DNA of 64,000 nucleotides, from NCBI GenBank assembly GCA_037130925.1, contig JBAXSC010000001.1, positions 26,896 through 90,895 on the forward strand, given 5' to 3'. Position numbers and translations under genes: made by a program. Positions 37,314-47,903 of the stretch are shown piece after piece (within the stretch, counting starts at the first letter, position 1; each line of letters opens with the position of its first letter). This stretch comes from Candidatus Nomurabacteria bacterium (lineage in GTDB: Bacteria > Patescibacteriota > Minisyncoccia > Phycocordibacterales > UBA5272). The notes under the pieces were generated by a model that searched no databases, was not told the origin of the DNA, and worked only from the letters and a program-made list of their open reading frames with translations.

Positions 37314-38981
37314 ATGAATATAAACCAAATCCAAACTTCTTCTTTTTTTGAAAAAGTAAAAACAGTTTTTCTTGAAAATCCTAAAAAATTAATTTTCTTA
37401 ATTCTTGTAATTATTTTTGCTTTTTTCTTTTTTAATAATAATTCTACAGCTATTTCTATCGGTCATTTAGAAAAAGGAAATTTGCAAGAAGTTGTCTCAG
37501 TTTCAGGAACAATTACTCCAAGCCAGGAGTCTTCTATGGCTTTTGAGAAAGCAGGTAGAATAGAAAAAATAAATGTTAAAGTCGGAGATAAAGTTGTAGT
37601 GGGTCAAGTTTTAAGTTCACTTTCTGGTGGAGTTGACTATGCTGGCGTATTAAGTGCGCAAGCTCAATTGGAAGTTGCGCAAGCAAATTTACAAGATGCA
37701 CAAAATGGTCCAAGTCAGACAGATGTTGCTGTTAAACAAACTAATGTTGATTCTGCTACTACAAATTTAAATACGGATTATAATTCTGTTTCTGATACTG
37801 TTAGGTCTATTAATACGACAGTGACAGACATTCTAGGAAATCAAATTAGTAATATTTTCACATATTCTTCATCTTTTTATAAATTAAATTTTAATTCTTG
37901 TGATCAATCATCTCAGTCAAAAATAGAGAACGGAAGATTCGCTTTAGATAGTAAAGTAACAAGTCTTTCTGGTTTAGTTAACTCAAGTTTGTTGATAGAT
38001 AATTCTTTATCTCAAACAGAAAAAGATGCAAAGATAGATAATATTGCAAATCAGGTTTACTCTACTGTTATTGCAGTTTCAACCAATTTGGATGATTTAA
38101 ATAGACTTTTAACATTACCTTGTTCTATTTCAGATAGTTCTTTAGAGAAATATAGAAATTCAGTTTCTGTGGCTAGAAATTCGATTACAGGATTATTATC
38201 AAATATTAATTCATTAAAATCTAAAATAGATACAGATAGGAATACTTTATCTTCCGCAAAAAGTTCTTTAGATCAATTAAAAGCAGGGTCTACAGATGAA
38301 AGAATTAAATCTTTAAAAGCTCAAGTTGAGCAAGCAAATGCAAATTTGATTTCTGCTAAAGCTTCTAATTCTAAAAATTCTATAGTGGCTCCATTTGATG
38401 GGGTAGTAACTGCTATTAACATTAATTTAGGTGAAATATCTTCTCCAAATTCTCCTGCTATAAATTTAATCTCTTCCAATAACCTTGAATTAAAAGTCAA
38501 ATTAGCAGAAACAGATCTGGTTAAAGTTAAAGTTGGAGATAAGGCAAATATTAATTTAGATACTTATGGCGATAGTGTTGCGTTTCCTGGAGTTGTAGGA
38601 CAAGTTGATCCTGCTGCGACAGTAGAGGGTAACGCTTCTACATATTATGCCAAAATAGAATTCAGTACTGCCGATGACAGAATAAGATCAGGAATGAACG
38701 GTTCTGCGGATATAATCACACAAGAAAAAGATAATGTTGATTATATCTCTCCTAATTATTTAAAAGTAGAGGGTATTATAAATAAAGTAAAAGTAATTAA
38801 AGATATTAAATTGTTGGACGATACTTCATCCGGTGATACTGACTCAAATATAGAATGGAAAAATATAGAAATTGGTATTAGGGATAATTCTGGAAAAGTG
38901 GAAGTGCTTTCTGGATTAACAGATAAAGATAATCTGTATCCAATAGGTATAGAAGTTTTAACGGCTACTTCAACTAAATAA
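37314..38981 (+). CDS. Efflux periplasmic adaptor (HlyD/MacA-like membrane fusion protein)
   Basis: N-terminal TM helix, lipoyl-like VKVGDKVVVGQVL, long coiled coil, beta-barrel segment APFDGVVTAINI. Confidence 0.7.
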   Translation: MNINQIQTSSFFEKVKTVFLENPKKLIFLILVIIFAFFFFNNNSTAISIGHLEKGNLQEVVSVSGTITPSQESSMAFEKAGRIEKINVKVGDKVVVGQVLSSLSGGVDYAGVLSAQAQLEVAQANLQDAQNGPSQTDVAVKQTNVDSATTNLNTDYNSVSDTVRSINTTVTDILGNQISNIFTYSSSFYKLNFNSCDQSSQSKIENGRFALDSKVTSLSGLVNSSLLIDNSLSQTEKDAKIDNIANQVYSTVIAVSTNLDDLNRLLTLPCSISDSSLEKYRNSVSVARNSITGLLSNINSLKSKIDTDRNTLSSAKSSLDQLKAGSTDERIKSLKAQVEQANANLISAKASNSKNSIVAPFDGVVTAININLGEISSPNSPAINLISSNNLELKVKLAETDLVKVKVGDKANINLDTYGDSVAFPGVVGQVDPAATVEGNASTYYAKIEFSTADDRIRSGMNGSADIITQEKDNVDYISPNYLKVEGIINKVKVIKDIKLLDDTSSGDTDSNIEWKNIEIGIRDNSGKVEVLSGLTDKDNLYPIGIEVLTATSTK

Positions 38982-38989
38982 TTTAATTC

Positions 38990-40327
38990 ATGTTTTCACA
39001 AATAATATCTTTTATAGGATACATATTAGTAGGATTAATAGCTTATTATATTATCTATTTATTTATCTTTGTCTATAAGAATACTAACTCTATAAGAGTT
39101 GGATATTTTTTAGCTGTGAGATCTATTAAAAGATCAAATAAAATGATGACTTTGGCTATTATTTCTGTCATGACTGCTACATTTTTAGCTTTAATTGTTG
39201 TTTCTGGAGTGATGTCAGGACTTATAGAGGGTAGCGTTATCTCTTTTAGAGAAAAAGATTTAGGTGATTTGGTAATTTCTCCACTTGATAATAAAAGTGT
39301 AATATTAAATGCTTCTGATATGATAGATCTTATTAAAAAAGATGATAGAGTTGCTGGGTATTCTCCAAGATATTCTGGATCTGGATCTATTGAGGCAAAT
39401 TGGAAAACTTTAAAATCAAATGATGTTGCAAATAAAAGAAATGTGAGCTTTTATGGTATTGATCCTGTTTTGGAAGATTCTGTCACAAAATTATCAGCTA
39501 ATGTAAAAGAGGGGTCATGGCTCACAAAAGAAGATGCTTCAAAATATGTATTATTAGGAAAAGAGATGGTAGAAAAATATTCTGTGGCGAGTGATATAGA
39601 TCCTACACTTTTGAGAAATGTTGATCCTGGAGCTAAAGTTAGAATAGTTGTCGGCTCTACTACAAATGAATATATAGTAAAAGGAATAATTGTTGTTAAA
39701 AATCAAGACATAGGACAAAAAGTATTTTTTGTTGATTCTGAATTGCAAAGACTAGAAAATATTTTGCCACAAAATGTGAATATGATTGCTGTAAAATTAA
39801 AACCAAATGTTGATCCAAAATCTGTTAAAGCGACTTTGATAGCAAATGGATTTAATAATTATGCAAAGATTCAAACTTTTGAAGAAGGTACTCCAGCTTT
39901 TGTAAATCAAATGAAGCAACTTTTTGGAATCATGGGGACAATGTTTGGATCAATTGGTATTGTCGTATCTGCTATTACTTTATTTATAGTTATCTTCATT
40001 AATGCTATTACAAGAAGAAAACAAATTGGAATATTAAAAGGGATTGGTATTAACAGTTTTGCAATAGAATTTTCTTATCTATTTCAAGCAATACTTTATA
40101 CCGCAATAGGATGTATTATAGGATCATTGATAGTATTTTTATTGATAAAGCCAGCGATAGATGCTCATCCGATAGATTTCCCATTCTCAGATGGAATATT
40201 AGTAGTAGATCCTGTGACAACCCTCATTAGAGTTGGAATATTTATGTTTATTGCTATGATAGCTGGATATTTCCCAGCTAGAATGATAGTTAAAAGAAAT
40301 ACTTTAGATGCAATTCTTGGAAGATAA
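38990..40327 (+). CDS. ABC transporter permease, FtsX/MacB-like
   Basis: TM1, a large extracytoplasmic domain, then a C-terminal FtsX 3-TM module. Confidence 0.75.
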   Translation: MFSQIISFIGYILVGLIAYYIIYLFIFVYKNTNSIRVGYFLAVRSIKRSNKMMTLAIISVMTATFLALIVVSGVMSGLIEGSVISFREKDLGDLVISPLDNKSVILNASDMIDLIKKDDRVAGYSPRYSGSGSIEANWKTLKSNDVANKRNVSFYGIDPVLEDSVTKLSANVKEGSWLTKEDASKYVLLGKEMVEKYSVASDIDPTLLRNVDPGAKVRIVVGSTTNEYIVKGIIVVKNQDIGQKVFFVDSELQRLENILPQNVNMIAVKLKPNVDPKSVKATLIANGFNNYAKIQTFEEGTPAFVNQMKQLFGIMGTMFGSIGIVVSAITLFIVIFINAITRRKQIGILKGIGINSFAIEFSYLFQAILYTAIGCIIGSLIVFLLIKPAIDAHPIDFPFSDGILVVDPVTTLIRVGIFMFIAMIAGYFPARMIVKRNTLDAILGR

Positions 40328-40332
40328 AATAT

Positions 40333-41016
40333 ATGCAAAATAATAATAAAGAAATAATTTTAGTTAAAGATTTAGTTAGAAGCTTTGTTGATGGAGAGTG
40401 TATTACTATTGTTCTTAAAAATATAAGTTTTAGTATTTTAGAAGGAGAATTTGTAGCTATTATGGGTAGAAGTGGCGCTGGAAAATCTACGACACTTTAT
40501 CAAATTTCATTGCTAGATGATCCTACAAGTGGAGAAATTATTTTAGATGGAATAAATACTCACGATATGAATCAAGAAGAAAAGACACAATTTAGATTAA
40601 ATAAATTAGGATATGTATTTCAAGATTATTCTCTCATGACAGATCTGACAGCTCTTGAAAATGTGGCTTTACCTTTACTTATGCAAGGTGTTGATAAAAA
40701 AGAAGCTTTCTTAAAAGCAGAAGGATCTTTAGGTGAAGTTGGACTTTCTCATGTGATGGATCATGTGCCATCAAGTCTTTCTGGTGGAGAGCAACAAAGA
40801 GTTTCAATTGCGAGAGCTATTGTTCATAATCCTAAAATTATTTTTGCTGATGAGCCAACTGCAAATCTTGATCATATTTCAAGTTTGAATGTGATGGAAA
40901 TTTTTAAAAATTTAAATAAAAATAAAGGTATTACCATAGTTATGGTGACACATGAGGAAGAATATAAAAAAGTTGTAGACAGAGTTATTCATCTTGATGA
41001 TGGAAAGATAATATAA
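40333..41016 (+). CDS. ABC transporter ATP-binding protein (MacB/LolD-type)
   Basis: GRSGAGKST, LSGGEQQRVSIARA, FADEPTANLD. Confidence 0.9.
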   Translation: MQNNNKEIILVKDLVRSFVDGECITIVLKNISFSILEGEFVAIMGRSGAGKSTTLYQISLLDDPTSGEIILDGINTHDMNQEEKTQFRLNKLGYVFQDYSLMTDLTALENVALPLLMQGVDKKEAFLKAEGSLGEVGLSHVMDHVPSSLSGGEQQRVSIARAIVHNPKIIFADEPTANLDHISSLNVMEIFKNLNKNKGITIVMVTHEEEYKKVVDRVIHLDDGKII

Positions 41017-41023
41017 TAAAATT

Positions 41024-41638
41024 ATGAAAAAATTAGGAGAAGGATATTATTATAATGTTTACGAAATAGAGAATAGTAAAGTTATTAAAAAAGTTAAAAG
41101 CAAAATTAGAATGTATATTTTTATTTTAATTTCTAATTACTTTAATTTAAAAAATGCTAAAAAAGAATACAATTCAGCTTTAGAAAATTTAAAAAGTTTA
41201 TCAGAAAAGTATAAAAATATTTTAAATTCAATAAAAGATAAATCTATTTTAGGAAATCCTGAATTTATTGACGATTTAAATTATTATCAAGATAAAATAA
41301 AAGTAATTAAAAAAATAAATAAATTTTCTGATCAAGAATTCGAAAAAACATGTTTAGATTTTGCAAAATTAATTCATATTTTATGGAGTTATAAATTATC
41401 AGATTCTACTTTTAAGCTTCGTAATAATTATGGATATGATAAAAATGGTAATTTAATTATTATTGATTTTGATGAAATTATCTTTAAAAAAGAAGAAGTG
41501 AAAGGGCAAATAGAAAATAAATTTTGGCTTACTAGATATTTTTATAAGATTCTATCTGAAAATAAAAAAGAAATTTTTAAAAGAATAATGGATGCGGAAA
41601 TTAATTTAGAAAATCTAAATAAATATTGGATTGATTAG
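41024..41638 (+). CDS. Small protein-kinase-like fold protein
   Basis: GEGYYYNVYE Gly-rich loop followed by VIKK, then NYGYDKNGNLIIIDFDE (catalytic Asn and DFD). Assignment is tentative. Confidence 0.4.
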   Translation: MKKLGEGYYYNVYEIENSKVIKKVKSKIRMYIFILISNYFNLKNAKKEYNSALENLKSLSEKYKNILNSIKDKSILGNPEFIDDLNYYQDKIKVIKKINKFSDQEFEKTCLDFAKLIHILWSYKLSDSTFKLRNNYGYDKNGNLIIIDFDEIIFKKEEVKGQIENKFWLTRYFYKILSENKKEIFKRIMDAEINLENLNKYWID

Positions 41639-41699
41639 ATGTATTCTTTATGTTATTATCTTTCAGGAATTAAATTTTTAACTATTAAAATTTTAAAAG

Positions 41700-42005
41700 A
41701 TGGCAATAAAAATAAGAATTAAAAAAGTTATTGAAAAAAAATTAATTGAAAAAAGTAATAAAAAGAAGTTAGTGGTATCAAAAAAGATGCCATTAAAACC
41801 TCTAATGAAAAAGACAATACCAAAATCTGTACCAAAAAAGGTTTTCCCAAAATCTATATCAAAAAAGATTTCACCAAAATCTGTACCAAAAAAAGTCTCT
41901 CCAAAAGCTAGACCAAAGAAAATAGAGAGAAAATCAGTAGCTGTCTTAAAAAATAAGATAATACCAAAAAAGTATCCCTTCAAAAATTCATTTAAAAATT
42001 TTTAA
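41700..42005 (+). CDS. Lys/Pro-rich basic repeat protein (histone H1-like composition)
   Basis: Four 9-aa PKSxxKKxx repeats encoded by 27-nt tandem units at 41820-41927. The antisense ORF is a composition artefact. Confidence 0.5.
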   Translation: MAIKIRIKKVIEKKLIEKSNKKKLVVSKKMPLKPLMKKTIPKSVPKKVFPKSISKKISPKSVPKKVSPKARPKKIERKSVAVLKNKIIPKKYPFKNSFKNF

Positions 42006-42126
42006 AATCAGAATGGTATTTTTACAAATTATTAAAAAGGCTAATTATTATGATTAGTCTTTTTGTTTTGATTTATGTTAACATAATAAAGGATTTAAAT
42101 TTAAAATAATCTTTAAAATTTTTCAA

Positions 42127-42234
42127 ATGATTAAGAAAGGTAAAAATCGTACAAAGATTGGACCTGGGTCCGATTTTAGAGAAAAGATTAAGAGTGATAA
42201 GATAAAGAAAAAAAGAATCAAGAAAAAAACTTAA
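42127..42234 (+). CDS. Possible very basic small protein (35 aa)
   Basis: ATG ORF between two terminator hairpins. Weak support. Confidence 0.2.
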   Translation: MIKKGKNRTKIGPGSDFREKIKSDKIKKKRIKKKT

Positions 42235-42298
42235 ATTTAAAATGTTCTTTTAAATTATTAAAAAACAGACTGATTATTATGTCAGTCTGTTTTTATTT

Positions 42299-45200
42299 TT
42301 ATTCTAATCTGAGCGGCTCAATACTATCTATCGACATTGTTTTCTCTCCATTTTTATTTGTAATTTTTCCAATTACGACTATCGGAGTATTCAAAACAAT
42401 TTTTGTTTGGAGATTTTTATAATGTTTTGGAAATACTGCCACTTCCATTTGTCCACTGAGATCGCTGAGTTTTAATAATGCCATATGATCACCAGTTTTT
42501 GTTTTTGTAATTTTAACTTTTTCGATCAAAACAGGCATACGAACATTTTTATTTTCTGCCACATCCGCATTTGCTTCTTCTAAAATATTTTTAATATTAA
42601 TAGTTCTGTTCTTTAATTTATCTCCCCATTTATCGAGAGGTGATCCTGAGACATAACAACCAATTAATTCTTTTTCCCAATTTAACTTTTCATCTTGTGT
42701 GGCACGAGGACAAGATTTTAAAGTGAATGAAGTATCTGCTTTTTCTTCAAAAATATCAAAAATATTATTTTGAGATTTATTATCTTTCACATGAGTTTTG
42801 TGATAATCGAGAAGAGCATCAACATTAAAGAGAAGTTGATTTCTTTCTCCAAATTCATCCATTGCTCCACACATTATTAGAGATTCTAGAGATTTTTTAT
42901 TCAAGTCTTTATGAGTTATGCGAGCAATAAAGTCTTCAAGATTTTCATATTTACCATTTTTTAACCTTTCATTTATTATCGCATCAGCAATATTTCCACC
43001 AAGATTTTTAATTGTATAAAGTCCAAAGCGAATTGATTCTTTATATGTCTCATCAGATAAATTATCTACTATTGAGAATCCTCCAGTTGAATAATTTACA
43101 TCTGGTGGTAATACTTCAATTTTCATTCTTTTACATTCTGAGACAATTTCTGAAATTTTATCAATATCTCCAGACTCTTCGGACATGATAGCTGTCATAA
43201 AGGCGATAGGGTAGTTAGCCTTCATAAAGGCTGTCTGATAGGCTACACGACCATATGAGGCTGAATGGGCTTTGTTGAATCCATACGCAGCAAACGGCTC
43301 TATCCAATGCCAGAGCTCTTCTGCTTTTTTAAGTGGCCAATTAGAATAGCTAACACAACCGTTAATAAATTTATCTTTTTGTTTCTGCATTTCTTCTGAA
43401 ATTTTTTTACCCACAGCCTTTCTGAATTTATCAGCTTCTCCCCATGTGTATCCGGCAATTTTAATACTCATCAAAAGCAAGTCGTCTTGATAAACAAGGA
43501 TACCGTGAGTCTGTTCTAGGATTTCTTTTAAGCTTGGATCGAGATATGTGACGAGTTTTGGGTTATGTTTTCTTTCAATATATAAAGGAATAAATTGAAT
43601 AGGTCCTGGACGATAAAGTGCGACCATAGCATTAATGTCATGAATAGTCGTTGGACGCAATTCTTTTAAGAATTTTGTCATACCGGATCCATTTAATTGG
43701 AAGAGACCCATTGTCTCTCCTTTTGAAAGTAATTCAAAAGTTTTTTTATCTTCTAGATCAATATCTTCAATATCTACATCAATATTGTATCTGTTTTTTG
43801 CCATATTCATGGCAGTTTTTAAAATTGTAAGATTACGAATTCCAAGAAAGTCGAATTTTAAAAGACCAGCATTATCTTCATCCACAGAGTGCATGTCATA
43901 TTGAGTGATAATTTTTCCTTCACCTTTTGGGTCCCATTGAATAGGTGAGAAATTTGTAATTGCTGATGGAGCAATCACAACTCCAGCAGCATGAACTCCA
44001 ATATGTCTCACGAGTCCTTCAACTTTTTTTGCCATGTCTATTATGATTTGTATTTCTCTTTCTGTTTCGTAAAGCTTTTTTAGTTCCTCAACTTCTTCTA
44101 GTGCATTATCAATAAACATAGGGAATCCTTGCTTTGGCATTGGGATCATTTTTGAAATTTTATCTCCTATAGAGTATGGATATTTCATTGCACGAGCAGA
44201 GTCTTTTACGGCACCTCTAGCTAGCATTGTTCCAAATGTTCCAATTTGTGCCACATTTTCTTTTCCGTATTTACTACGAACATAGTCGATCATTTCGTCT
44301 CTTCTATTATCAGAATAGTCCATGTCTATATCGGGAGCAGACGGTCTTTCTGGGTTTAAGAATCTTTCAAAAGGAATCTGGTAAATCAAAGGATCACATT
44401 TTGTAATGCGAAGTAGATATGTAGTCATTGATCCAGCCACTGATCCTCTAATATTTGTAAGTATTCCATGATCTGCTGCATACTTTAGCAAGTCGTATAC
44501 CACTAAAAAGTAAGGAGAATATCCTTTTGTTTTTATAATTCCTAATTCGTATTTTAATCTTGCGATGACGTCTTCTTTTCTTTCTTCTTCTATTTTTCTT
44601 TTTTCTATTCCTTGCATTGCTAATTCTTCTAGTACATCATCTAGAGTTTTTCCTTGATCGATATCTTTTTGATAATCGACAGCAATATTTGGGAAATACC
44701 ATTTACCGAGATCTATTGAAACATTTAATGATTCAGCTAAATCAAAATTATTTTGAATAACATCTATATTTTGATTTTCTAAATTATATTCTTCATCACC
44801 GAGAGTTTTTATAAATTCTTTTGCTTTTTTATTATCTATAAAAGAATAATCAGCTTTGTTAAATTTATTTTGATAAAGCTCCATATCTTCGAGTTCACCA
44901 TGAATACTAAAAAGAACTTTGTGTGCAGATTTATCATTATCACTCAAATAGTGAGGATTTTGAGTGAAGATTAAAAGCTTTTCATTTTTTAAAATTTCTT
45001 TTACGAATTTTATAGTATTTATTTTTATTTCTTTTGCATAATCAAAATTATCTTGAGGAGATATTTCTATATAAAAATTATCTTTGCCAAAAATGTTTTC
45101 AAAATTTTCTACCAATTTTTTTGCTGATTCAAAATCTCCTCTTGCGAGCAAATCTGATAATTCTCCATCTTGAGATCCAGAAAGAATTACAAGATCTGAT

Positions 45201-45661
45201 TCTTGATTAAAATTTTCTTTTAGCATTTTTAAATCAACATGAGGATCAAGTCTGTCTTTCATTTGAGCAAGAGAAACAATATTCATTAAAGATTTATATC
45301 CTGCTCCACTTTTTGCGAGAAAGACAAGTTTGAATTTCTTTTTTAAATTATTTTCTGTACGAAAGTCTATTTCTGCTCCTAGTATTGGCTTGATATTTTT
45401 ATCTTTACAGGCTTTATAAAATTCAATAGCTCCATACATGTTATTGTAATCAGTTAAGGCTAATGAAGGCATTCCGAGTTCTGATGCTTTTTTTACGAGC
45501 TGCTTGATCTGAGGGAGGGATTTAAGAATAGAGTAATGACAGTGTGCACGAAGATGAATTAATGGAGTTTCTTTTTCTGTTTCAATAACTTCTTCTGTAC
45601 TGTCTACTGAGCTTGTCGAAGCATTAATTTCTTCTATGTTTTGTATAGTTTCTGTTGTCAT
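42299..45661 (-). CDS. dnaE: DNA polymerase III alpha subunit
   Basis: PHP domain HLRAHCHYS, GLLKFDFLGIRNLT, YGFNKAHSASY, OB fold at the C-terminus. Confidence 0.95.
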   Translation of the reverse strand: MTTETIQNIEEINASTSSVDSTEEVIETEKETPLIHLRAHCHYSILKSLPQIKQLVKKASELGMPSLALTDYNNMYGAIEFYKACKDKNIKPILGAEIDFRTENNLKKKFKLVFLAKSGAGYKSLMNIVSLAQMKDRLDPHVDLKMLKENFNQESDLVILSGSQDGELSDLLARGDFESAKKLVENFENIFGKDNFYIEISPQDNFDYAKEIKINTIKFVKEILKNEKLLIFTQNPHYLSDNDKSAHKVLFSIHGELEDMELYQNKFNKADYSFIDNKKAKEFIKTLGDEEYNLENQNIDVIQNNFDLAESLNVSIDLGKWYFPNIAVDYQKDIDQGKTLDDVLEELAMQGIEKRKIEEERKEDVIARLKYELGIIKTKGYSPYFLVVYDLLKYAADHGILTNIRGSVAGSMTTYLLRITKCDPLIYQIPFERFLNPERPSAPDIDMDYSDNRRDEMIDYVRSKYGKENVAQIGTFGTMLARGAVKDSARAMKYPYSIGDKISKMIPMPKQGFPMFIDNALEEVEELKKLYETEREIQIIIDMAKKVEGLVRHIGVHAAGVVIAPSAITNFSPIQWDPKGEGKIITQYDMHSVDEDNAGLLKFDFLGIRNLTILKTAMNMAKNRYNIDVDIEDIDLEDKKTFELLSKGETMGLFQLNGSGMTKFLKELRPTTIHDINAMVALYRPGPIQFIPLYIERKHNPKLVTYLDPSLKEILEQTHGILVYQDDLLLMSIKIAGYTWGEADKFRKAVGKKISEEMQKQKDKFINGCVSYSNWPLKKAEELWHWIEPFAAYGFNKAHSASYGRVAYQTAFMKANYPIAFMTAIMSEESGDIDKISEIVSECKRMKIEVLPPDVNYSTGGFSIVDNLSDETYKESIRFGLYTIKNLGGNIADAIINERLKNGKYENLEDFIARITHKDLNKKSLESLIMCGAMDEFGERNQLLFNVDALLDYHKTHVKDNKSQNNIFDIFEEKADTSFTLKSCPRATQDEKLNWEKELIGCYVSGSPLDKWGDKLKNRTINIKNILEEANADVAENKNVRMPVLIEKVKITKTKTGDHMALLKLSDLSGQMEVAVFPKHYKNLQTKIVLNTPIVVIGKITNKNGEKTMSIDSIEPLRLE

Positions 45662-45822
45662 AATTTTAAAGTTTTAATCCAAATAAATTGAATTCTTTAA
45701 TAAAATAAATTATAAAGATGTATTAATTTTAACATACAATTTTAAATATTGACAAATATATTTAATTATGCTATACTGATATTAGTAGTTAATTAAATTT
45801 TAAATTATATAAATCTTCAGTC

Positions 45823-46320
45823 ATGAAAAAGTTATTTATGTTAAGCTCTTTGTTAGTTATTTTATTTTCTTCTTGTCAAAAAGATCTTGTAAATGTGCCA
45901 GATCAAAAATATAATGTGGACGTTATTGTTTCACCAGTTTTAAATTTACAGGCCATCTCTGCGAACCAAAATGTGATAATAACTTCATACAGAATTATTA
46001 ATTATGGCCCAAAGGTTACAATTAATTCTGTTACTTTAAGCGTTTATAATCCTATCGGTATAACGTCGATAGCTTATAGGTTTACTAACAGTACTACGTG
46101 GAATTCTGTATCCTTAGGGATTGGTACTACAGATATTGTATTTAATGTAGGCAAAACTCTTTGTACAGGTGAATCTACAAAAGATTTTAATGTCAGAATA
46201 TCCACAGGATCATTTTATGGTTCTGGAATAGGTATTACAAACATTAAGTCTATAGATACAGATCTTGGTATTTGGACTCCAGCTAGTTCGACTGAAATCT
46301 ATTTTCAGTTGTACAATTAG
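45823..46320 (+). CDS. Putative lipoprotein
   Basis: MKKLFMLSSLLVILFSSC lipobox. Confidence 0.5.
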   Translation: MKKLFMLSSLLVILFSSCQKDLVNVPDQKYNVDVIVSPVLNLQAISANQNVIITSYRIINYGPKVTINSVTLSVYNPIGITSIAYRFTNSTTWNSVSLGIGTTDIVFNVGKTLCTGESTKDFNVRISTGSFYGSGIGITNIKSIDTDLGIWTPASSTEIYFQLYN

Positions 46321-46418
46321 GGTTTCTATGGTTTTAAAAAGCGTTGCTATTTAGCGGCGCTTTTTTTGTTTGTAAAATATGCTGTATAATTAAAATATTA
46401 ATTAATAACTAAATTTTT

Positions 46419-47540
46419 ATGAAAAAAAATAATTTAATAGTTTCTGTTTTGTCTGTTGTGCTTGTGATGTTTATTATTGCTTTTGGTATTATGTCTTATA
46501 AATATTTTACTTCAAATAAAAGTAGTAATTTATCAGAAATAAATCAGAATACTGTTAATCATAATTCTTCTACTACTCCATTATCACAAAATGATAATTT
46601 CAAATCTTTAATAGAAAAATGTGTAATAGAAAGTGGTGTGAAAATTTGTGATTTATCTCATAATGTTAAAAATACTAATCCAGACGGAACAAGAGAAATT
46701 AGTTTTGAAGCAAACAAGATAGATTGTGTGAATGTCTCAACAGGTAAATCAAAACAAATTCAAGGAAATGATATTACTCTAGATAAAGATAACACTTATT
46801 GTGTTTCTGATCTCGGCTCTGTATATATTGATCCAACTGTAAAAGTTGGAAAGAATTTTGGAGAAATTGGTGAGGCTGGAACTGTGACAAACGGTACTTA
46901 TTCTTCGTTATTAGTACCAAGTATTTATAAGACTTGTATTTGGACATTTGATATGACAGCAAATGATCATGTTATAAATATTTCAAATAATATTGGTGCT
47001 CAAAATGCTATGGATTATTCTAACGTCAGAGCATTTTGTAAAAATGGAAATAATCAAGTAAATATTTTTACATATAATGGTCCAGCTCAACAAAAAGATG
47101 TTTATAAAGATAGTAATTATAATTTTTCAATAAAGTTACCTAATGGTGTAAATCAAAGAGAAGATTGGGGGAATCCTAATGGCGGCTCTGTATTAGCTTC
47201 TTTTGGGTGGTCAAATGGTGATAATGTAATGATTACATTTAGTAATCTCACTTGTAATAATCAATGGACTTCAGCTGATGCTTCTACTGTTAACATAAAT
47301 GGAATTAATTTCTTAAGAAGTTATGGTTTTGGTGCTGGTGGTGGTATGGAGAGTGGTTCTATAGATACTACATATTGTACTAGATTTAATAATATAAGTT
47401 ATTCTTTAAATTTTATACATTCATATCCAAAATATTTAGATGATACGACTGGTACACCTGCTCCTGTTCCAGATGTTACAATTACCCATCAAAGATTTGA
47501 ACAAGAATTAAAATCTCTAGATTTTAAATTTCTTAAATAG
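46419..47540 (+). CDS. Membrane-anchored extracytoplasmic hypothetical protein
   Basis: N-terminal TM anchor and a Cys-containing Asn-rich ectodomain. Confidence 0.5.
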   Translation: MKKNNLIVSVLSVVLVMFIIAFGIMSYKYFTSNKSSNLSEINQNTVNHNSSTTPLSQNDNFKSLIEKCVIESGVKICDLSHNVKNTNPDGTREISFEANKIDCVNVSTGKSKQIQGNDITLDKDNTYCVSDLGSVYIDPTVKVGKNFGEIGEAGTVTNGTYSSLLVPSIYKTCIWTFDMTANDHVINISNNIGAQNAMDYSNVRAFCKNGNNQVNIFTYNGPAQQKDVYKDSNYNFSIKLPNGVNQREDWGNPNGGSVLASFGWSNGDNVMITFSNLTCNNQWTSADASTVNINGINFLRSYGFGAGGGMESGSIDTTYCTRFNNISYSLNFIHSYPKYLDDTTGTPAPVPDVTITHQRFEQELKSLDFKFLK

Positions 47541-47622
47541 TTAATTAAAGTCTAATTTTGTCAGGTATTTGCAAAAATACAGTAAAAATGTTATTATTTT
47601 ACAATAATTTAAATACAAAAAT

Positions 47623-47814
47623 ATGGTAGTAAGAATGAGACACACCAGAGCCCATACAGGCAATAGAAGAAGCCATCACGCTTTAGAAGCAGCTAATTTA
47701 CAAGGCTGTTCAAATTGTGGTGTTATGATTCACTCACATACAGCTTGTGACGCTTGTGGAATGTATAAAGGAAAAGTCGTTAAAAAGATCAAGGCTAAAA
47801 CTGTAGCAAAATAA
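47623..47814 (+). CDS. rpmF: 50S ribosomal protein L32
   Basis: RHTRAHTGNRRSHHAL plus a CxxC...CxxC zinc ribbon. Confidence 0.85.
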   Translation: MVVRMRHTRAHTGNRRSHHALEAANLQGCSNCGVMIHSHTACDACGMYKGKVVKKIKAKTVAK

Positions 47815-47903
47815 TTCGGAAGATAAAAATAAAATCCACAATAAATGTGGTTTTTATTTTTTCTAAAAAATCCGTGTTATAATTTATTTAGTAATATAAA
47901 AAT

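Noticed and set aside
41693-41983. 96-aa minus-strand ORF mirroring the Lys-rich repeat gene
   Set aside because: AAA/TTT symmetry keeps both strands open. The plus-strand ATG, the in-phase PKSxxKKxx repeats and the Phe/Gly-rich nonsense on the minus strand all favour the plus strand.
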